This document shows positions 1 through 9,538 of a stretch of DNA of 64,000 bases, in pieces. This DNA comes from an uncultured Hyphomicrobiales bacterium. Its GTDB lineage: Bacteria; Bacteroidota; Ignavibacteria; Kapaibacteriales; UBA2268. A model generated the notes under the pieces. The model did no database searches. It was not told the origin of the DNA and worked only from the letters and a program-made list of their open reading frames with translations. The stretch is taken from NCBI GenBank assembly GCA_964465945.1, contig CAYXMM010000002.1, forward strand, positions 66,691 through 130,690. The letters run 5' to 3'. The translations under genes and the position numbers were made by a program. Within the stretch, counting starts at the first letter, position 1, and each line of letters begins with the position of its first letter.

Positions 1-1275
1 TAAGTAATTGAGCCGAAGCATTATTTCCAAGAGCAAATGAAACATCTAAAGTTGAAGGTATCCATCGTTGAATAAGTTCCCCTTTATAATTAATATTATC
101 ATAAGTTGTATTTGATGTAACATATCCATCAAGAATTGGTCTTTGACCGAATACTTTAAAAACTATCGCTAAAGTACTTTTAGCATTTGGACTAACGTTT
201 ATTACTACATTACCAGAATAAGTTTGTTTTGAAGAACTTAATTTTAGAATCCTTTCTTTAAAATCTTCTCTTAAATTTGAATCAAGTAGCATTGAAATAC
301 TATCAATATTCATTTCGTCTAAAATATTGTTAATTTCAGTAGGAGTAATGTTATCTTGCCTTCCTATTAATCTATTGTATGTATTATCACATTTTAAATA
401 ATTATCATAGTCTTTTTTAATTGAAACTGATAACATTACCGCTTGTAATAACATTACATCTAAGTCTTCTACTTCATGATTTTCAACAGTGTTTTCTCCA
501 TTAGCAATAACCATTTCCGCTCTTCCTAACCAAGTCATAGCTTTAAAGAAGTTTCCTGCTCCAGCTTCTTTATAAAACCCTCTAACTTTAAATTGACTAA
601 AATCAAAAGGAACTTCAGATGATTCTGAAAATAACATTATTCGTTTATATTCTTCATCTTCAATAAACTTTAATATTTGCCCTATTTTACCATTATTTGT
701 AGTAGTGTTATTAATTAAGTGTTCTGTTATTGATAAATAATCTTCAAAATTCTTATATGCTTTAGAAAAGATTTTATAGTTATAACTGTTTACAGGAATA
801 CTATTTGTTATAATTCTGAACTCAGATTTTGAAAGTTTCATTTTAGATACAATTCCTTTCCACAAATTCTGAATTGATTTTAGCTCTATAATTTCTAAAA
901 TTTTCTGGAAATTAAAATGAGTTGAATAGAGCATTAAATCAGCTGAAATATAATTTGGAAAATCGTTTTTAAATACACTTCTATAAGCATCAAAATAAGT
1001 CTTAAACTGGTTTCGCTGTGAAACAACAAAACCATTCTTTTTTAAGAGCGAAATTTCATCCTCTGTTAAATTATATTTATTAATAACATTATCTAAATAT
1101 TTAATACTATCTATAGATGAGTTTATGTTCTGTAAATATTCTCCAGCAGGATACATATTTAGTAGTTGTTCAGAACTCATATCTTGATTTTTATTTAGAA
1201 ACTCTATATATTTTTCAACATCTAATGCCTGTGAAAATAATATAGTATTTAATATAAAAAGTATAGTTATCATTT
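1..1275 (-). CDS. secreted hypothetical protein, partial (C-terminus runs off window start); possibly DUF3160-like
   Basis: Minus-strand open frame from ATG at 1275..1273 (MITILFILNTILFSQA, signal-peptide-like) continuing without a stop to position 1. Absent from the ORF track because it is truncated by the window edge. Confidence 0.55.
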
Positions 1276-1512
1276 TGACTCCATATAATGTATTTTTTTA
1301 AATTTGTAAATTATATATATATAATAACACATAAGTTGCAAAAATATACCGCAAAAAAAAATAAATATTTTTAACAATATTTTAAAAAATTTTCTAAGTT
1401 AATAAATATAAGTAAATTATAATGATAAAAATTTTTAAATTATTTTTTAAAATTTTAGAAAGATGAATATTCTTTCATTTATAATTAGAAATATTTATCT
1501 ATAAATGATTAA

Positions 1513-1542
1513 AAAACTACGTAGTAGTTTCATGTCAATAGC
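1513..1542. repeat. 30-bp REP-like element AAAAACTACGTAGTAGTTTcATgTCAATAG; second copy abuts the RAYT gene at 40096..40125
   Basis: Near-identical 30-mer (core palindrome ACTACGTAGT) seen at both loci by direct reading. Confidence 0.6.
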
Positions 1543-1559
1543 AAAAAAACTTTAATCCA

Positions 1560-1640
1560 AACCTCTCTTCCATTGAGGGAAGTGCCAGTAAGGTGATGGG
1601 TGATTTTTTGCCGTCATATTGAGCGAAGCGAAATAGATAG
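1560..1640. repeat. GC-rich REP-like hairpin element (cttccattgagggaag hairpin; GTCATATTGAGCGAAGCGAAATAG motif)
   Basis: GC-rich island inside an AT-rich intergenic region. Shares the motif GTCATwcTGAGCGnAGCGAAgAAT with the element at 3555..3640. Confidence 0.45.
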
Positions 1641-1754
1641 AATATATATAGAATTATATCAAAGTACACTGCTTATTAAAATATTTATAGTTAAATTCGT
1701 TTTATAACTATGAAAATTATTTCTTACTTTTGTGAATAAAACAAATGAATAAAC

Positions 1755-1967
1755 ATGAATACAAGCGAAATAATAAATGAAATAAATAGAATGCCAATTT
1801 CAAAAAGAATGTATGTTATAGAAATGGCTATTCATTCTATAAGGAAAATCGAGAATGAAGATAAATTAATTGAAGCATCTAATCTTTTACTTTCGGATTA
1901 TTCTAATGACAAAAACTTAACTACATTTACAGATTTAGATTTTGAAGATTTTTATGAAACAAAATGA
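1755..1967 (+). CDS. small acidic-C-terminus protein, putative antitoxin partner of the downstream Kid/PemK-like toxin gene
   Basis: 70-aa ORF ending 14 bp inside the toxin reading frame (typical toxin-antitoxin overlap). No recognisable MazE/AbrB signature, so the role is inferred from position only. Confidence 0.4.
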   Translation: MNTSEIINEINRMPISKRMYVIEMAIHSIRKIENEDKLIEASNLLLSDYSNDKNLTTFTDLDFEDFYETK

Positions 1968-2292
1968 GATTTAGCTAATTAATTTAGATACAACTGTTGG
2001 AGCAGAAATAAAAAAAACTCGTCCTGCTGTTATTGTCAGCGATAATGCTTTAGGAGTATTACCATTAAAAATAATAGTACCAATTACAGATTGGAAAGAG
2101 AAATATGAGATTGCTCCTTGGATGATAAAAATTGAACCAAACCAATTGAATAATTTAAGTAAAGTATCCGCTGCTGATTGTATCCAAGTACGTTCTTTAT
2201 CCCAAGAACGCTTTATTAAGAAATTAGGTGTTCTGAAAGAAGCAGAAATGGATAGTATCCGTATAGGATTATCAAAAGTATTATCAATATAA
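1954..2292 (+). pseudogene. Kid/PemK (MazF)-family mRNA interferase toxin, interrupted by an in-frame TAG at 1972..1974 replacing the conserved Trp
   Basis: Translation MKQNEI*LINLDTTVGAEIKKTRPAVIVSDNALGVLPLKIIVPITDW... parallels the Kid/PemK N-terminus (MERGEIWLVSLDPTAGHEQQGTRPVLIVT) as recalled from memory. The stop falls at the position that is Trp in the recalled Kid/PemK N-terminus (needs alignment to confirm), and TGG->TAG is a single transition. The ATG at 1954 overlaps the upstream ORF. Confidence 0.6.
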
Positions 2293-2322
2293 AGTTAAAA
2301 AGTTAAAAAGTTAAAAAGTTAA
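2291..2322. repeat. perfect tandem repeat (AAAGTTAA)x4
   Basis: Direct reading. Lies between the toxin stop and the start of the 2349 gene. Confidence 0.9.
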
Positions 2323-2348
2323 ACTTTAAAATTATTAGGAAAACAAAA

Positions 2349-3554
2349 ATGAGAATATTTACTTTAGTTCTATCAATAGTTTTATTTCATAACATTTCTT
2401 TTGCAAAGTGGACGATTTATGATTCTACAGATGTTGATCCTTCTGGTAGATTAAAATATATGAATCGTTTTTTATATATAGATAACACAGATAATATTTG
2501 GATTTTAGCAAATAATGCAGATGAATTAATTAAATTTAATGAACAATCAACTGTATTTTTTGACACGAGTAACACCAATTTACCATTTATGCAAATAAGC
2601 TGTGCAACCCAGGGACCAAACGGAGATATGTATTTTGGAACTTACGAAGATTACACATCGCCAAATATGGCATCACTAATAAGATATGATGGCGAAAACT
2701 GGGAATCATTCAATCAATTTAACTCACCAATGCTTCCATATGGTATTCATGACATTTTAGTAACGGGCGAAGATGAATTTTGGTCTGCAAACGTAATTGG
2801 GTTATACCACTACAAAAAAGGCAAATGGAACTCCTACTTTGAAGATGAAAATTTATATAGGAGAGATATAAATAAATTAGCGATAGACAAAAACAATAAT
2901 TTATATATAGCTAATAATTATCGGGAATTATATTCAGCAGATTTGAATAAAGCAAATATAAAGTTTAATAAAGTAGCAGTTCCTCCGTTTCAGGGAGTTG
3001 GTTTATTAACCTGTGATGTTGATTCATCAAATAATATATGGCTTTATTATACAGGTACAGGGTCATTATATAAAAAAGAAGGAAACAACTGGAAGAATTA
3101 CGACACACTTGGACGTGCTTTAGTAACGAGAGACAAAAAATTATACTCACAAAGTCTTCGTAATATATATGAATATAAAGAAAATTCATATTGGGAAAAA
3201 ATATTAGTAACGCCCGATAGCGTTTTAGGTGGATTAATAAGTTTAAAAGCCAAAGACTCCAAAGGCAATTTTTGGTTTACATCTGGCAATAAATTAATAA
3301 AATACACCCCAGAAGCAAACAGCGTAAAAAAAGAATTAAACGTCAAAATATATCCAAACCCAAGCCAAAATACAATAAAAATAAGCGTAGAAGAGCCAAT
3401 AACAAAATTGACATTATACTCAATGAATTTATCCAAAATAAGCGAATACCCAGCAAACCATACCACCACCCAAGAAGTCGATATAAGCATCATACCTTCT
3501 GGCATTTACTTCATAAAAGTAAATGATGAATTAATTAAATTTGTGCGGGAGTAA
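2349..3554 (+). CDS. secreted beta-propeller-like protein with T9SS C-terminal sorting domain
   Basis: Signal peptide; repeated W/Y-containing blades; C-terminal KIYPNPSQNTIKISV...IPSGIYFIKV, typical of a Por/T9SS sorting domain. Confidence 0.6.
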   Translation: MRIFTLVLSIVLFHNISFAKWTIYDSTDVDPSGRLKYMNRFLYIDNTDNIWILANNADELIKFNEQSTVFFDTSNTNLPFMQISCATQGPNGDMYFGTYEDYTSPNMASLIRYDGENWESFNQFNSPMLPYGIHDILVTGEDEFWSANVIGLYHYKKGKWNSYFEDENLYRRDINKLAIDKNNNLYIANNYRELYSADLNKANIKFNKVAVPPFQGVGLLTCDVDSSNNIWLYYTGTGSLYKKEGNNWKNYDTLGRALVTRDKKLYSQSLRNIYEYKENSYWEKILVTPDSVLGGLISLKAKDSKGNFWFTSGNKLIKYTPEANSVKKELNVKIYPNPSQNTIKISVEEPITKLTLYSMNLSKISEYPANHTTTQEVDISIIPSGIYFIKVNDELIKFVRE

Positions 3555-3640
3555 CCCGTCATTCTGAGCGTAGCGAAGAATCTAATCAAAAAAATTCCCC
3601 TCTATCAGAGGGGTGTCGGCTTGCCGACGGGGTGTTGTAT
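3555..3640. repeat. GC-rich REP-like element / probable terminator hairpins (CCCCTCTatcAGAGGGG; GTCGGCttGCCGAC)
   Basis: Two perfect GC hairpins directly after the stop. Contains GTCATTCTGAGCGTAGCGAAGAATC, related to the element at 1616..1640. Confidence 0.5.
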
Positions 3641-3683
3641 TAAAAAATACTTCTTGAAAGTATAATGTAAATAAAAAAATACT

Positions 3684-4376
3684 TTATTTAATTAACCTTA
3701 AAGCTTCTCTTCGTGCTAAGCCGATTATGGCTTCTTCTTCAACTAATTTGATTACCCATTGAGGATTTGTTTTTGAGTATTGACGGAGAACCCAACCGAT
3801 TGCTTTTTGTATAAAAAATTCTTTTTTATGTTTTAATCTGTGAATGAAATTTTGTAGTAATTCTTCGTTAGTGATTTTTTTATAGTTAAGTTGAAAAAGT
3901 AAGGCGCTTCTGTTTAACCAGATATTTTCAGAATCGACCCAATTATTTAAAAGTTCTAAGTTATAATCATTTTTGAAATATTCACCTGTTAGATTGCTAA
4001 ACTCATCAACGCTATCCCACCAAGATTTTGTAATGATTAGTTCTTCAATAATTTTTATTTCAATTTCTCGTTTTATTAAAATTTTTCTAAGTATATCTAA
4101 TGCAAGGTATTGCATTTCTCTTTCATTTTCTTGCCAAAGTTCTTGAACTAGCAAATATAATTCTTCCGTTGGGTATGATTTTAATTCTTTTAATATAGGA
4201 CGTGAAATTTCTCTTAATTTGGGTTTCTTAATGCCGTAAAATGGGAAATTATTTTTCATATACTTTGACATTAAAAAGGCATTATTATCGTCAGAGTGTT
4301 GTAATAATTGCTTTCTAACGAATTCAATATTAATTTTTTGCATTTTATATATTAGATTGTATTTTAAACTAAACAA
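3684..4376 (-). CDS. DNA alkylation repair protein (AlkD/AlkC-like HEAT-repeat glycosylase family)
   Basis: Helical-repeat protein with a ...WWDSVD...IGWVLRQY... pattern recalled for the DNA_alkylation family. The start may instead be the internal Met at 4343. Confidence 0.5.
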   Translation of the reverse strand: MFSLKYNLIYKMQKINIEFVRKQLLQHSDDNNAFLMSKYMKNNFPFYGIKKPKLREISRPILKELKSYPTEELYLLVQELWQENEREMQYLALDILRKILIKREIEIKIIEELIITKSWWDSVDEFSNLTGEYFKNDYNLELLNNWVDSENIWLNRSALLFQLNYKKITNEELLQNFIHRLKHKKEFFIQKAIGWVLRQYSKTNPQWVIKLVEEEAIIGLARREALRLIK

Positions 4377-4390
4377 AAATAAAAATAATT

Positions 4391-4861
4391 ATGAAAATCA
4401 AGTATAATAATAATGTAGTATCAGTTGAAAATAATGAAAGTGGAGTAGTTGTTGATGGAGTAAATTATGATATTAGGATTCAGAGAATTGATGATAAAAG
4501 ATTTAAAGTAATTAGAAATGATGAGGAGTTTATTGCAACTGGTGTAAAAGATAAAGATAAGTTTTACGTTAGTATTGGAGGTAAGCAGTATGTTTTTACT
4601 GAATTGGAAGATGAGTTTATAAGTTCAAGCCAAAGTGATGATAGGGCAGAAATATTTCCACCAATGCCTGGTGCGGTTGTTAAGATACTTGTTAATGTTG
4701 GTGATAAGGTTGAGCCAGGTGATAATTTAATTATTGTCGAAGCAATGAAAATGGAAACAACGTTGCATTCACCAATTTCTGGTAAAATTAAAGAAATTAG
4801 AGTTTCTGAAAAAGAGCAAGTAAATCCGGAAAATTATATGATTTTAATAGAAAAAGTTTAA
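4391..4861 (+). CDS. biotin/lipoyl-attachment domain protein (BCCP-like)
   Basis: C-terminal hammerhead with the EAMKMET biotinyl-lysine motif. Confidence 0.7.
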   Translation: MKIKYNNNVVSVENNESGVVVDGVNYDIRIQRIDDKRFKVIRNDEEFIATGVKDKDKFYVSIGGKQYVFTELEDEFISSSQSDDRAEIFPPMPGAVVKILVNVGDKVEPGDNLIIVEAMKMETTLHSPISGKIKEIRVSEKEQVNPENYMILIEKV

Positions 4862-5838
4862 CTTTTTTGAAATTTCTGGTAAATTTTAGTTTTAACATTT
4901 CCTCCTTTAATATCTTTCACGCTATTTGTGATAACAAAAGCTTTTGGATCGAGTGAACTTATAATACCCATTATGTTACTTACTTCTAAACGAGTAATTA
5001 CTGAATATAAAATATCTCTATCTTTGAGTTCGCTTTGATTCAAGCTATAGCCGCCTTTGCCTTTGAAAATTGTAACGCCTTTGCCGAGTTCTTCTGAAAT
5101 TGCTCTTCTTATGTCTTCACTGAAATCTGATATGATTGTAACTTCTGTATACTCTTCAATTCCATCTAAGATAAAGTCGATAGTTTTTGTAGCAATAACA
5201 TAGGTTAATATAGCATACATTGCAATTTCTAATGAGAGGAGGTAAGCAGCTGCTGAGAAAACAAATAAGTTGAAAATTAAAATAAAGTCACCAATGCTTA
5301 TATTAATTTTCTTTGTTACTACAAGTGCTAATAATTCAGTTGCATCGATTATTGCGCCTCCTCTAATAGCGAGACCACTGCCAAGTCCTAAAAACAAACC
5401 ACCAAAGGTTGCAATTAGAAGTTTGTCTTCTGTGAGAGTAGGAATATGAATGATTTGAACTAATATAGCAAGTAATGAAACAGAAAATATACTTCTAAAA
5501 ATTGACTTTAGTTTCAACTTAAATAATCCCATTAAAATAAATGGTGCACTAGTTAGAACCAATAAAATACCAAATGGAAGTGAAGTTAAATTTAATAATA
5601 TTAGAGAGATGCCTGCGACACCACCATCAATATAGCCATTCGGAACTAAAAAGCCATTAAAGCCAATAGTTGCAGCAAGTGTTCCGAGAATTATTAATAT
5701 AATGTTTTGAACTGAATTTCGGATTTTTGATTTGATAAAAATTAATTTACGGTGTGGACTTTCGATGTCTTCTTTGTCGATTGGGTTGTTCTTTTTCAGA
5801 ATTTTATTTAAGCTGATTATTTCTTTAATATAATTCAT
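4858..5838 (-). CDS. YitT-family membrane protein (DUF161/DUF2179)
   Basis: Multi-TM N-terminal region plus C-terminal soluble domain; overall pattern of the YitT family. Confidence 0.6.
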   Translation of the reverse strand: MNYIKEIISLNKILKKNNPIDKEDIESPHRKLIFIKSKIRNSVQNIILIILGTLAATIGFNGFLVPNGYIDGGVAGISLILLNLTSLPFGILLVLTSAPFILMGLFKLKLKSIFRSIFSVSLLAILVQIIHIPTLTEDKLLIATFGGLFLGLGSGLAIRGGAIIDATELLALVVTKKINISIGDFILIFNLFVFSAAAYLLSLEIAMYAILTYVIATKTIDFILDGIEEYTEVTIISDFSEDIRRAISEELGKGVTIFKGKGGYSLNQSELKDRDILYSVITRLEVSNIMGIISSLDPKAFVITNSVKDIKGGNVKTKIYQKFQKS

Positions 5839-5869
5839 AGCTCTTTTAGATTAAATTCTACAAACTTAA

Positions 5870-6934
<1,065 letters not shown>

Positions 6935-6950
6935 TTGATATTAAAATATA

Positions 6951-6980
6951 AGGATAGACAACAAAAGTCTATCCTTTTTT
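6951..6980 (+). terminator. Rho-independent terminator after gap
   Basis: AGGATAGAC-aacaaaa-GTCTATCCT hairpin followed by TTTTTT. Confidence 0.8.
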
Positions 6981-6989
6981 GAGAAAAAT

Positions 6990-7499
6990 ATGGAAAGAAT
7001 GTGGTCTCCTTGGCGAAGTCAATATATGGATAGTTTCAAAGAATCGAAACAATCTGATAAAAGTTTTATCCAAGAAGCAATAGAAAGCGATAATGATAGA
7101 GAAAATTTAGTTGTTTATAAATTTGACAAAACTATTGTTATGCTTAACAAATATCCTTATAATAATGGACATATTCTTATTTTACCTAAAAGAGAAGTAA
7201 ACGATATTTTACTTCTTGATGATGACGAATATTTAGAAATAAATAAAGTAATAAAAGTTTGTATAAAAGCTGTACTAAATGTTTATAACCCACACGGTTA
7301 TAATTTAGGGGTAAATTCAGGAACAGCAGCCGGTGCAGGAGTTCCATCACATTTGCATTACCATATTGTTCCTCGTTGGAATGGAGATTCTAATTTTATG
7401 CCTGTAATTGCTGATATCAAAGTAGTTTCTGAATCTTTATATGATTCACGTGAAAAATTAAATAACGAAATTCAAAAAATCTTATCGAAAAATGACTAA
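6990..7499 (+). CDS. HIT-family (histidine triad) nucleotide hydrolase/transferase
   Basis: HLHYHIVPR histidine-triad motif. Confidence 0.85.
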   Translation: MERMWSPWRSQYMDSFKESKQSDKSFIQEAIESDNDRENLVVYKFDKTIVMLNKYPYNNGHILILPKREVNDILLLDDDEYLEINKVIKVCIKAVLNVYNPHGYNLGVNSGTAAGAGVPSHLHYHIVPRWNGDSNFMPVIADIKVVSESLYDSREKLNNEIQKILSKND

Positions 7500-8313
7500 T
7501 CTCTACGCTGATTTACACTCACATACAATCGCTTCGGACGGAAAATTAGAAACAAACGAATTACTGAAAATAGCAGAGGATAAAAAATTAAAAGTTTTCA
7601 GTATTACCGACCACGATACAATATCTGCTTATACAAATATTTCAACTAATTTGAATCTAGTTTCAGGTGTTGAATTAACTACTTATTTTAATAATAGGGA
7701 AACACACCTTCTTGCATATAATTTTGATTTAAAAAATATTGATTTGATTAATTATTTAGATTCAATTCAAGAGCAAAGAGTAAATAGAGCTAAGAATATT
7801 ATCATACAATTAAATAATTTAGGAATAAATATAAAGTTTGACGAAATTTATTCTAAATTAAAAGGTAAAATTATCACACGTTCTCATATTGCAGAAGAAT
7901 TAGTTGAAAAAGAATATGCACGGAATATCTATGACGTATTTCAAAATATAATGACGACTGAAAAAGTTATTGTTCCAAAAGTAGAATTTATTAATTTTGA
8001 TAATGCAATAAAATTAATAAAAAATGCTCGGGGATTTGTATCAATAGCACATCCAAATAAGAATTTCACAACTTTGCAGTTATATAATATGGTAAAACAA
8101 GGAATGAGGTGTATTGAAGTGTATCACCCATCTCATAATATGTTTACGACACGTCATCTTCAATCCTATACTAAGCAATTTCAATTAAGGCAGACTGGTG
8201 GCTCAGATTATCACGGAAAACATAAAGCAGAAGAAAATAATTTTGGGCACTATGGATTAACAGAGGAACAATTTGCTTCATTAAATAAAGAATTTCAATT
8301 AAAATTTTTATAA
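7492..8313 (+). CDS. PHP-domain metal-dependent phosphoesterase
   Basis: N-terminal ADLHSHTIASDG and ITDHD motifs of the PHP family. Overlaps the HIT gene by 8 bp. Confidence 0.8.
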   Translation: MTNLYADLHSHTIASDGKLETNELLKIAEDKKLKVFSITDHDTISAYTNISTNLNLVSGVELTTYFNNRETHLLAYNFDLKNIDLINYLDSIQEQRVNRAKNIIIQLNNLGINIKFDEIYSKLKGKIITRSHIAEELVEKEYARNIYDVFQNIMTTEKVIVPKVEFINFDNAIKLIKNARGFVSIAHPNKNFTTLQLYNMVKQGMRCIEVYHPSHNMFTTRHLQSYTKQFQLRQTGGSDYHGKHKAEENNFGHYGLTEEQFASLNKEFQLKFL

Positions 8314-8387
8314 TAACAACTAATTAAACAAAATACTTTTACTTTCGTTATTAATCAATATGACAAACATAAAAAATTGGAAATAAT

Positions 8388-9461
8388 ATGATAAAGTTTT
8401 ATTTTTTACTTTTAGTTTTCACTTTTACATCATTTTCTAACGAACCTCTCGTAGCGTTTTATCAAAATAATGAATGGCATTTTTGGGATATAAATGGAAA
8501 AGAAATGTTTAAGAATAATAAAGTTCTTGATGTGCTTGGGTATAGTGAAGGGATGTATTCTGTTGTAGCAAAAATAAAAGGTAAAAATAAAAATTGTTAT
8601 ATGAATGACAAAGGAGAAATCACTATCATAACTAATTATGATGATATAAAAGATTTCTCCAATGGCAAAGCTATGGTTGTAAATAATTTTCCTCTTGAAG
8701 AAATAGATAAACGATATGGGTTTATCAACAAAGATGGTAGTATATTTATAAAACCAAATTTAATTGATGCTACTTTCTTTACAGATGGCTTAGCTTATGT
8801 TTATGATGATACAAGACGGGGTTACATTGATACAAATGGTTTAATGAAAATTCCTTTAGAAAAAGATATAGTTGGGTATCCTTTTTCAGAAGGCATTGCA
8901 TCTATATCTAATAAAGATTATAAAATAGCATTTATTAATAAGCAAGGTGAATTAATCCTGCCTTATAATTATCAAGAACCTGCATACTTTAAATCTGGTC
9001 TTGCAAAAGCGAATATTGGTGGTGTTGTAGGTCTAATGGATAAAGAGGGTGAAATGATTATTAACCCGCAATACTCTGAAATATTGTCATTTTCGGAAGG
9101 ATATTCTTTTGTGGGAATGCTCGACAAAGGTATGAAATATAAATGGGGATTGATTGATAGTACAGGTCAAAAACTTACTGAATTAATTTTTGATGAAGTT
9201 CATGATTTTACAAATGGATTGTGCTCCGTAAAAATCGGTGATTTTTGGGAGTTTATTGATACTCGAGGCAATACTGCAATAAATCAAAAATTTACTTTTG
9301 CAAGTCAATTTTCAGGAAAAAATCCAATAGCATGGGTGTCTTTTAAATTTAATAACGTCAAAAAATCTCAATTTATTAACAAAAATTCATCTGTTTATCT
9401 TGAACTGCCAGATAATGTAGTTAAAGCAATAGATTTAAGAACTAACAAGGTTTTATATTAA
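8388..9461 (+). CDS. WG-repeat-containing secreted protein
   Basis: Signal peptide and multiple (K)YGFIxKxG / KWGLID repeats characteristic of WG beta-repeat proteins. Confidence 0.7.
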   Translation: MIKFYFLLLVFTFTSFSNEPLVAFYQNNEWHFWDINGKEMFKNNKVLDVLGYSEGMYSVVAKIKGKNKNCYMNDKGEITIITNYDDIKDFSNGKAMVVNNFPLEEIDKRYGFINKDGSIFIKPNLIDATFFTDGLAYVYDDTRRGYIDTNGLMKIPLEKDIVGYPFSEGIASISNKDYKIAFINKQGELILPYNYQEPAYFKSGLAKANIGGVVGLMDKEGEMIINPQYSEILSFSEGYSFVGMLDKGMKYKWGLIDSTGQKLTELIFDEVHDFTNGLCSVKIGDFWEFIDTRGNTAINQKFTFASQFSGKNPIAWVSFKFNNVKKSQFINKNSSVYLELPDNVVKAIDLRTNKVLY

Positions 9462-9538
9462 TATTTATTTGTAGTTTTGTAACAATTTTATTATTTTTGT
9501 GTTTATATAGTATTAAAAATAATAAAATAAAAAATAAA

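Noticed and set aside
2965-3505. Minus-strand ORFs 2965..3189 and 3098..3505 inside the 2349..3554 gene
   Set aside because: Shadow ORFs antisense to a well-supported coding region; low-complexity translations.
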